Source: Candidatus Heimdallarchaeota archaeon (GTDB taxonomy: Archaea; Asgardarchaeota; Wukongarchaeia; Wukongarchaeales; JBHIFL01). Taken from it: DNA of 21,851 bases. Numbering within the stretch: position 1 is the first letter of the stretch; the number at the start of each line of letters is the position of its first letter. The notes beneath the pieces are model-generated. The model worked only from the letters and a program-made list of their open reading frames with translations. It made no database searches and was not told the DNA's origin. Shown here piece by piece: positions 9,293-16,621 of the stretch. The position numbers and the translations under genes were made by a program. Location of the stretch: assembly GCA_046761065.1 (NCBI GenBank), contig JBHIFL010000068.1:1-21851 (forward strand), read 5' to 3'.

Positions 9293-9475
9293 TTATGCCT
9301 TCTTAATTGGAGTGACAATGACACAATATGCATCGTATAACGTCACTTTTTGTGCTCTGTGTCGACTACTACCAGATATAACCCTTGTTTTTCCACTTTT
9401 TCGAAATTGACATGCTATGCGTTTTCCTTTAATAGCGTCATCTGGTTCATAGTAGATTGGCATTATTCCGATCAA
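9293..9475 (-). CDS. Small basic hypothetical protein (60 aa)
   Basis: TTG start overlaps the TGA of the upstream gene (TTGA, 9475-9472). It fills the gap to the convergent HEPN gene. Confidence 0.45.
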   Translation of the reverse strand: MIGIMPIYYEPDDAIKGKRIACQFRKSGKTRVISGSSRHRAQKVTLYDAYCVIVTPIKKA

Positions 9476-9894
9476 TCCTTGATCTTTTTTTCTTTCTTCA
9501 GCTTTCTAACCGCTTCCATTGTAATTTCCAAATCAAGTCCTAACTCATCAGCGATGTCATCTGGATAGGCGACTTTGTGTGTTTCAAGATACTCGAGAAT
9601 CAGCTTTTCTGCTTCAGAGACAGTCACATCTCTCACTTCAACTACACGAATCCTCACAGGGGATTCTTCTTCGATCATCCGTTGCAATTCCGCCACTTGG
9701 TTCGTTATAGTGTCAAGTCGTTGGTTAAGGTCATTGATTTGTTTTTCAAATATTAGATATGGGTGTGAGTCTAACTCTCCCTCAACGAATGTCTCCTCAA
9801 TCTCTGCACGGGTATAACTTACCCTCCTCACCCTAGCAGATGGGCTTTCAGTTCCACTTGCTGCTTCTCCAAATTTAGAAATTTGATCACTCAT
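9472..9894 (-). CDS. Coiled-coil + C-terminal winged-helix protein
   Basis: EKQINDLNQRLDTITNQVAELQRMIEE heptads and EAEKLILEYLETHKVAYPDDIADELGLDLEITMEAVRKLKKEKKI wHTH pattern. Starts 1 bp after the upstream stop. Confidence 0.8.
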   Translation of the reverse strand: MSDQISKFGEAASGTESPSARVRRVSYTRAEIEETFVEGELDSHPYLIFEKQINDLNQRLDTITNQVAELQRMIEEESPVRIRVVEVRDVTVSEAEKLILEYLETHKVAYPDDIADELGLDLEITMEAVRKLKKEKKIKD

Positions 9895-9895
9895 T

Positions 9896-10564
9896 TTATG
9901 CAGCCTCGATTATTTCAATGAGTTTTAATATCTTCTCCTCCATTCCATCAAGAAAATCAAGTACTTTATTGCAGTTAATATTTCTATAGACTACATTAAT
10001 CACAAATTTGTTTCTAGGACTTGTAAGAATAGGTCGAATTGTTATGTCAAAGTAATCACTGTCACTAGGTATTTTTTCACTTGGTATAAGTCGGATTGCC
10101 AAAGGAGATACCTTCTCACCAAGTATTTCATCAAATTCTTGAAAGAATTTAAGCGAGCGAAATGCTTTACTCATACTCTTAAGTGGATCGAATTGAGTTG
10201 TTATATGGATCTTACCCAGAAGTTCATAGAACAGCGTATTCTTATCAATATTCATATTGGCTGTATCAGTAAGATGGGTTAAAAGTTCCTGAAAGCCTTC
10301 TGATGCAATTTTGGATGATTTTGTTTCGATCCCCAAGACTCTACGCGAAAGATTCAAAGTAACTATTATCCCCTTCTTTCTTGCGATTATGTCCCCTGAC
10401 ATAGCAATGCTACCACGTCGAGGTTCAGCAATTAGTGAGTAACCCCCTGAAAGAAGAGCATTTGCTAGCTCATTAGCATCAGGAAGTAGCATAAACAGCA
10501 TATTAAATGAAAGGGTTACTAAATTGATTGAAGGACCTTGAAAAAAATTATCTTTCTCGCCCAA
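9896..10564 (-). CDS. Hypothetical alpha/beta protein (222 aa), possibly TIGR04255-like
   Basis: Long ORF with alternating beta strands and a closing amphipathic helix in each half. Strong SD upstream. The family assignment is only a resemblance. Confidence 0.7.
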   Translation of the reverse strand: MGEKDNFFQGPSINLVTLSFNMLFMLLPDANELANALLSGGYSLIAEPRRGSIAMSGDIIARKKGIIVTLNLSRRVLGIETKSSKIASEGFQELLTHLTDTANMNIDKNTLFYELLGKIHITTQFDPLKSMSKAFRSLKFFQEFDEILGEKVSPLAIRLIPSEKIPSDSDYFDITIRPILTSPRNKFVINVVYRNINCNKVLDFLDGMEEKILKLIEIIEAA

Positions 10565-10570
10565 AAAAAA

Positions 10571-10578
10571 ATCACCTC
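10571..10578 (-). promoter_or_regulatory. Shine-Dalgarno GAGGTGAT for the TTG start at 10564
   Basis: The minus strand reads GAGGTGATTTTTTTTTGGGC, a full archaeal-type SD 6 nt before TTG. Confidence 0.7.
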
Positions 10579-11212
10579 TCTAATACTTCCCTCAATGGAG
10601 GGCAATTATTTTATTATTCTTTTGACTTATTTTCTTTTTGCTTTACATAATTAACAGATTATTCTGTAGTCTATTCCTTCTTTTTCTTTGGTAATCACAA
10701 GGAAAATATAGGTTTTACACTGGCTTTTGAAAAGCCACCAATTCGGGCTCTTTTACCAAGTGGATTTTGAAAGAATTACAAACCTTAAAAGAAAAAACGC
10801 GATTTATAGAATAGAAAGGAGGAAGGAGGTATGACGTCTTACCCATTTTTTTTATTTTTATAATGATTCAAAAGTGAGACATTTGACCCACTTTGGATAA
10901 CTTATCACTTTTAATTAAGCAGTATTCCACCGATTTCTGGTTCCAACTATTAAAATCGTATTATTTAATTTAATTCCCTCCATTAACAATGACACCGGAT
11001 GTAGCTGCAGAGATTGGCTCTATTTCGTAAAATCATTGGTATCATCGGTTTCTTAGGTTTTCACTAAAACTATGAAAATACTCAGATTTCTAGAATTTAC
11101 AATTAAAAAAACGACCTATTTCTTAAAACATCAATACATTTCTTTTTATAAGGGTATAGGAGAATGAAGCTATGATGGTCAATGCAGATACTGTCAATTT
11201 TCCAGAAAACAA

Positions 11213-11924
11213 ACAGAACTAGTTTTTAAGTATATTCAAACGATTCGCACATCTATCCCTCTCCACAAACGAACGAGTCGAGGAATCGTGTGGTCCTTAC
11301 AGCAAATGCGCAATCAAGCACAAGAGTCCGTACCATTTTATCTTCAAAAAGAATAATTAAAGTTATTATTGAATGCTGAACAGTGGGAAATCCGAGCGTT
11401 AGGTCCGTTCATAATTGCTAATTGCTGTCTCAAAGAAGGTGTTCCTCCTTATTTCACGTTCTTGAGATGATTGGCTAATGATTCTCACTCCGGGGTTCGA
11501 GAAACCACTCAGTCTATAATGCGGGATTAATGCAAGATTTTCGCGAGTGAGTGCTCCTACTGCATGATAAAGATTGGATCACAGCTCCTGAAGAGAATAT
11601 GCAGCGATGTGTATCCGAATCCCTCAGACCAGTATTAGTTAAAGGGAAAAATTGAATTTGAGAAAATCCACAGAAATCAGTCAAGTGATTAAAACGGTTA
11701 AACCAAAATTCGAGTATTTATATGAGGAAAAGCGTTGCGAACAATCTGTCGGATATTTCGAGAAGACATCCTTGCCTCATCTTATCCACTTTTCGGGAAT
11801 GGCTTAATGAAACCCTTATAATAAGTAGACTTGGTTTTTCGTTTGTAAGACTTGCCGTCGAATGATTAAAACACATCCATCGGAAGTTCAAGCTCTGTTA
11901 AAGGGAAAATCAATCATTAAATGA
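11213..11924 (+). pseudogene. AlkC-like HEAT-repeat DNA alkylation repair glycosylase pseudogene (start approximate)
   Basis: Manual translation gives ...LLNAEQWEIRALG...FLR*LANDSHSGVRETTQ..., KDWITAPEENMQRCVSESLRP..., ENPQKSVK*LKRLNQNSSIYMRKSVANNLSDISRRHP...REWL, and CRRMIKTHPSEVQALL. This matches the AlkC pattern (RRxxSExxRP; SxYVRKSVANxLxDISKxHP). It carries several TAA/TGA stops and frameshifts. Confidence 0.8.
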
Positions 11925-12290
11925 TCCATTTTTGATAATAATATCCATAAGGATTATATTCATTCTACAAGGCATCCATACACAATATAACCCTCATTTT
12001 TACCAAGCGGTGCAACCCAAGTCTTTTCCCGTTCATTCGATAATTCAGGTTTAGTTCGCGAACCAGTTCTTTGTAATGGTACGGGTCGTGATATCCGTCA
12101 CTTGTATACTGTTGTGGCGATTACCTGTTGGGTTGAGTGTTTCCCCTCCATGATATCTGCTATTTAAATCGCGGTTCTTGTGCACTAAAGAGTGGAAAAG
12201 AGGACGATTTGCGGTCTCTGAGGTACTTGAAAGGAATAAACGTTTGAGGTCATTAGTTCCCTGTTACAATTTTTCATTAGATCTCTAGTT

Positions 12291-12666
12291 CTATACCAGT
12301 TGCAGTTTCGAGATTTCGCTAAAATGTTTCTTGTTGAGCGTAAACAGTTTGCATTTATGATTCAAGGCGATGGCGGCAATTAATATATCACTGCGCGGTT
12401 TCTTTTGTCCCTGACGTTCGAGTTCGACTTCCATCCGGGCTGCAATATCCGCATCTTTGGCTGTAAAGGGAAGTGTTGGGAGTTGCCACAGGAAATGATC
12501 CTCAGGAAGTTTTTGGATTGGAGTTCTCTTATAAATTCCATAAAGAATTTCCTCTAGGTTAAGAGCTGTCGTGGCGAGTTCATTATTCAGCCGTTTTAAT
12601 TGATCAAGCAATCTTAGAGTCCTTTGCAAGAATTTCAATGATCACATCGGAATCTAGGAGAATCAT
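12291..12666 (-). pseudogene. vapC: PIN-domain (VapC) toxin with a frameshift near 12604-12612
   Basis: ATG at 12666 overlaps the antitoxin stop and reads MILLDSDVIIEILAKDSKIA* (TGA 12606-12604). The +1 frame continues DQLKRLNNELATTALNLEEILYG...SDILIAAIALNHKCKLFTLNKKHF. The ORF-track protein lacks the first catalytic Asp. Confidence 0.85.
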
Positions 12667-12884
12667 GCGCGCCACTGCTCCCGGCGTTTCCTTATATCCT
12701 CAATGAGAGAAGTCGGGTCTTCAAACTCAATGGTACCTTGGAGTTGCTCGAGGATGGAAAGCATCTTTTGGCCATGACCGGTAACTAACCGTTCCAATAA
12801 ATCGCTGAAATCTTCGTGTGCTCGCTTAATATTTATGAGTAACTGGTAGACTTCTTCACGGATGGTAATGGTTTTGTCAGGCAT
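12663..12884 (-). CDS. vapB: Archaeal VapB-family (DUF217-type) antitoxin
   Basis: KTITIREEVYQLL-x7-DFSDLLERL signature. ATGA overlap with the PIN gene. ATG 12884 preferred. Confidence 0.85.
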   Translation of the reverse strand: MPDKTITIREEVYQLLINIKRAHEDFSDLLERLVTGHGQKMLSILEQLQGTIEFEDPTSLIEDIRKRREQWRA

Positions 12885-13280
12885 GTGAAACTCTACACCG
12901 AACAAGAATAAAAAACTTTGGCATGGTTCTCCGAAGAACTATGAAATCTACGTGATCGATTCCCGTCTTCTGAGTTAGATATCCCGGAGGTAACAGCTCG
13001 CCATAGTGCCCTACGTTTTTTTATCACTGGATGTTCACACAGAGTTAGAATCGTAGTGTCGTTATATATAGTGTTCCTTTAACAGAAAAAAGCCTCCCTA
13101 GAGAAAATCATAAATTGAAACCAATGGAAGGTACTTCAAACGAGTAGAAACCCATATTCTTAGCCGTTGTACAAATTCTTTTGAAGCATTCGATTTTTCA
13201 TGAAAATAAATCAACTTGATCGCTCTAATATTTCTCCTCCCTATACGTATGAGCTTCTTTGTATGAGACAGATCGAAAGC

Positions 13281-13606
13281 ATGGCAAACTTAGTCAGAAT
13301 ACTTGCTGATATAGGTAAGATTCATCAATAGGTGAAAGATTTTATATCACTTGATGCGACGATTGGGAATTCTGCTAAAATCATTGCTCTAAAAAACATT
13401 GAATTTCTTCCAGCAACTGCAGGGATCTATATCTCCGCAATGGCGCTCTAATGAAGACCTATGCCATCTCTTCAATTTTTGATGCAATACATGCTGCTAC
13501 AGCACTTGGAGCCCTAGCCAAGGACAACAAGATAATTTCTACAGATACTGTCTTTGATCGAATCCCGAATTTGGAACGAATTGATCCCGGAGATCTTATT
13601 TCTTAG
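13281..13606 (+). pseudogene. Degraded PIN-domain toxin remnant (5' boundary approximate)
   Basis: 13451-13606 reads MKTYAISSIFDAIHAATALGALAKDNKIISTDTVFDRIPNLERIDP (FDAxHAATA...IISTDxxFDRI). The upstream frame KIIALKNIEFLPATAGIYISAMA joins across a frameshift at about 13446-13450. No intact N-terminal Asp motif is visible. Confidence 0.75.
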
Positions 13607-13968
13607 GTACAAAGCAAATTTTAATATGCAATTCTAAGATTGCACCATGGGGATCCCGCGATGCGTGAAAGCCGCCTCCCTCCATTCAATCCAATCCAAG
13701 ACCTAGTCAGCAGAGGGCAGTGAGTACTACTAGAGTACCTTCTAAAGCTCTATTAATGCTTAATTTAATCGATTGAGCACTTCTAAACCCCATTTTATTG
13801 CTTTTACTACTTTTGCATGGCTCTGATCTCTAGATTATACAGATACATTATGGTATAACACATGAATTTCAAATTATCTTCCAAAAAAAGAATGACTAGA
13901 TCATACTATTCCTTTACATCAACAAGATTATTAGGTATACAACGATACTAGACATAATTGCAGGTGCG

Positions 13969-14577
13969 TTGCGTTTTGAGTGGGCCTCAATGAGTGAAAA
14001 CGAGCAAGAAGGTTTAAAAAAGTTACTGGTAACTCTTAATCCCCGTGCAAAAGTTTGGCTTGAATATAAAGGGGAAGCACTTGTAGGTCCCGGGCGCGCA
14101 GACCTTCTAGAAGCGATTCTTCAAGAAGGGTCATTAGTTCACGCTGCCAAAAAAAGGAATATTTCATTTCGAGCCGCTTGGGAACGAATAAGAAAAATAG
14201 AACACCGGTTAAAAATTCAAATTGCAAAAAGCAAAAAGGGCGGAGAAGGAGGAGGGGGTACAACCTTATTAACAGAGATGGGTAGACGTATTTTGAGAAG
14301 GTATAAACGCCTAGAAACCGCTATGGAGGATGTTTTAAGTGATCCAGAGCTTATGGAGGTCTATGGAATGAAAATAAGTGCCAAGAATAAACTGAAAGGA
14401 ACAATCCAAGACATCGAACAAGTGGGAATCATCGCTAAGATTAAAATCCAAGTGAAACAGCCATTAGTTATTACCAGCATAATTAATACGGAAGCCATCG
14501 AAGAGCTAAATCTTAAGGAGGGAGACACTGTTAATGCTATTATAAAAAGTACTGAAGTGCTAATAGGGAAGGATTAA
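13969..14577 (+). CDS. modE: ModE-family molybdate/tungstate-responsive regulator (wHTH + single TOBE)
   Basis: GPGRADLLEAI..GSLVHAAK..ISFRAAW...GGEGGGGTTLLTE and ISAKNKLKGTI...ITSIINTEAIEELNLKEGDTVNAIIKSTEV. Alternative start ATG 13990. Confidence 0.9.
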   Translation: MRFEWASMSENEQEGLKKLLVTLNPRAKVWLEYKGEALVGPGRADLLEAILQEGSLVHAAKKRNISFRAAWERIRKIEHRLKIQIAKSKKGGEGGGGTTLLTEMGRRILRRYKRLETAMEDVLSDPELMEVYGMKISAKNKLKGTIQDIEQVGIIAKIKIQVKQPLVITSIINTEAIEELNLKEGDTVNAIIKSTEVLIGKD

Positions 14578-14762
14578 AAGCCATTATGAGTGAAACCTCC
14601 AATATTCTCTTAAAAAATGTGTTTTATAAACTCAATTGCAAAATACTTTTCAAAGATTAGTTCGATTAAGTTGTAGCAATTTGTTTTATAGATTTAATGT
14701 CAGTGCAAATCATTTTATAAAAACAAAAAATTACAGAAATCGAATTAGAGAGATGTCAGTGA

Positions 14763-15329
14763 ATGAGTGAGAAATCAGCGCACTGTTGGCGTTGTGGAAC
14801 CCCCCTTGTCTCGGGGGCTTCGTTTTGTAAGCGTTGCGGAGCTAACGTTGAAGATCAAGAACCAACAAAGCAAGATATGCAGAAAGACATGAAAATTCAG
14901 TATTGTTCTCGATGTGGGAAGAAAGTCAGCCCCAGAGCGGCCTTCTGCTCGAACTGTGGCTTAGAACTGGCGCGTCCAGAAACTACGTTGTCCCCTATTT
15001 TAGAACCAGACATGGCTGCAAAGGAATCAATACCCCCAACCTGGCCCGCACCTCGAGAATACCCATATCCTTCAATGCCCACTGATCGTGATCGATCCCT
15101 TTCCTTGATCGAGGGGGTCATTGTTGCCATTTGTTCTTTTCCATTTTATGCCATTCCGGGAATTGTGGCTTGGGCGGCTTGGCGAGGGAAGTATCCTCGG
15201 CGAGCAAGGCAAGCATTTTTAGTCGGTGCCTTGGCATTTGCCGTAAACGTTATTTTAGTTATTTACATTATCAAATACAGACCTTATTTGATCCCTGAGG
15301 ACTTACGGCGGATGCTAGAACAGCCATAA
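14763..15329 (+). CDS. Double zinc-ribbon protein with two C-terminal TM helices
   Basis: CWRCG-x9-CKRCG and CSRCG-x9-CSNCG, a Pro-rich linker, and two hydrophobic segments flanking WRGKYPRRARQA. Confidence 0.85.
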   Translation: MSEKSAHCWRCGTPLVSGASFCKRCGANVEDQEPTKQDMQKDMKIQYCSRCGKKVSPRAAFCSNCGLELARPETTLSPILEPDMAAKESIPPTWPAPREYPYPSMPTDRDRSLSLIEGVIVAICSFPFYAIPGIVAWAAWRGKYPRRARQAFLVGALAFAVNVILVIYIIKYRPYLIPEDLRRMLEQP

Positions 15330-15349
15330 GGATATCATGAGGAAGAAAG

Positions 15350-15742
15350 TTGATCCGTGAACTTGCTTATCGGTTCAAAAAGATGAAGTTTGAAATTGTT
15401 TTTTGCCATCGACTGCCCAATCGGACTCCAATTATTTGGTTATTAGGAAAACCAAGAAGGCTGCTTTGCTATCGCTGTTGTGGAGCCGCGGTGGGATTCA
15501 TTCTTCCTTGGATTCTATTATTCATGAATAATATGTATAGACAACTGATTTTCCTCTACCCACTCACTGGATTTACCCTATCGCTACTCCTTTTCCTCCC
15601 TATGGGGATTGATGGCCTTGGACAAGCCTTGGGATACTGGTCAAGTACAAATCTCAGACGATTCCTAACTGGACTTGGAGGAGGGGCCGCTCAGACGATT
15701 CTAGCTATGATTGTTGCAGGATTACTTCTCCGTATTGTTTAA
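15350..15742 (+). CDS. DUF2085 family membrane protein
   Basis: CHRLPNRT, LCYRCCG, PMGIDG..Q and STNLRRFLTGLGGG motifs. Confidence 0.85.
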   Translation: MIRELAYRFKKMKFEIVFCHRLPNRTPIIWLLGKPRRLLCYRCCGAAVGFILPWILLFMNNMYRQLIFLYPLTGFTLSLLLFLPMGIDGLGQALGYWSSTNLRRFLTGLGGGAAQTILAMIVAGLLLRIV

Positions 15743-16018
15743 TGCGTTCTATAAAACCCTCTTGAATGTAGGAAGGAATCGGAGATGATATAATTAGTTC
15801 CAATCACGAGATTTAGGCATTAGTCCCTCAGAATAAATAGCTATGGATAAAACGAGGGATTAATCACTGTGATCTTGCTCTATTTGAATTTTTTTCCCAA
15901 AGCAACAAGCCTCAGGTGTTTTTTCAGCTTCAACTTCCATTTCGCTGGGGGAACAAATGTAATAGAAAAAAGATAAATCTGAGGCGAGCAATCACTGACT
16001 TAAGCTAAGTAGTTCGTT

Positions 16019-16579
16019 TTGCCATATTTGAAGAGTGTGCCTATCATGTCGGGAACCCCTCCATTAGTCCCACTCCCAGGACATAGCGATTTCCTCATCC
16101 GAATTGTTCCAAAGAGCCAAAGATACCATTTGAAAATAAGTTGTTTCGTTGAGCTCTATAAACAGGAAGAAGAGGGTAATATTTTGGTAGGGGAAAAGGA
16201 AGTCGGATCATTATCTGAACTTCTTAGAGCTGCTGAAAACCTTGTGGGGCAGGAATTAAGGACAAATCGCCCCGCTAGTTCAACCATTCGGGCATTTATC
16301 ACTGATTATCTGTCGAAATACCTTTTTCCTGAGGCCCAAGATGAGATTGCTAGTGACGTGCAAGAGGTCGTTATGGAACCGATTTTAGAAGATATTCGGG
16401 GCATTGGCCCAAAAACTGTTGTGGAACTGCGAAAAAAAGGGATCACGGATATCGACCAGCTTGTACGAGCACCAGAAGAGCTTTTGCGTGAAGAAGTAAA
16501 ATATATGGGGGATAAAAGAGTAAAAAGTGCAAAAAACCACGCAAGACAGCTGAAACGGCAAGACGAAGTGGAAAAATAG
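16019..16579 (+). CDS. Protein with an unknown N-terminal domain and a C-terminal helix-hairpin-helix (HHH_5/RadA-N-like) domain
   Basis: LEDIRGIGPKTVVELRKKGITDIDQLVRAPEELL...MGDKRVKSAKNHAR. Alternative start ATG 16046. Confidence 0.8.
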   Translation: MPYLKSVPIMSGTPPLVPLPGHSDFLIRIVPKSQRYHLKISCFVELYKQEEEGNILVGEKEVGSLSELLRAAENLVGQELRTNRPASSTIRAFITDYLSKYLFPEAQDEIASDVQEVVMEPILEDIRGIGPKTVVELRKKGITDIDQLVRAPEELLREEVKYMGDKRVKSAKNHARQLKRQDEVEK

Positions 16580-16621
16580 GAGACTTATATAAACTTATTA
16601 AATGGTTGTGGAGGCATATAA

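Noticed and set aside
10890-11790. Replication-origin boxes (TTCCAGAAAAC at about 11200, TTATCCAC at about 11782)
   Set aside because: These are isolated partial matches, one inside the AlkC remnant. There are no repeated ORB elements and no cdc6/orc1 nearby.
11213-11924. TGA recoding (Trp/Sec) suggested by several in-frame TGA codons in the AlkC-like gene
   Set aside because: The same gene has TAA stops and frameshifts, and intact genes here use TGA as a normal stop in ATGA/TTGA overlaps.
13060-13946. ModE operator half-sites CGTTATATA (13060) and TATACAACGAT (13936)
   Set aside because: Each lacks a properly spaced matching half, so neither can be separated from chance in AT-rich DNA.
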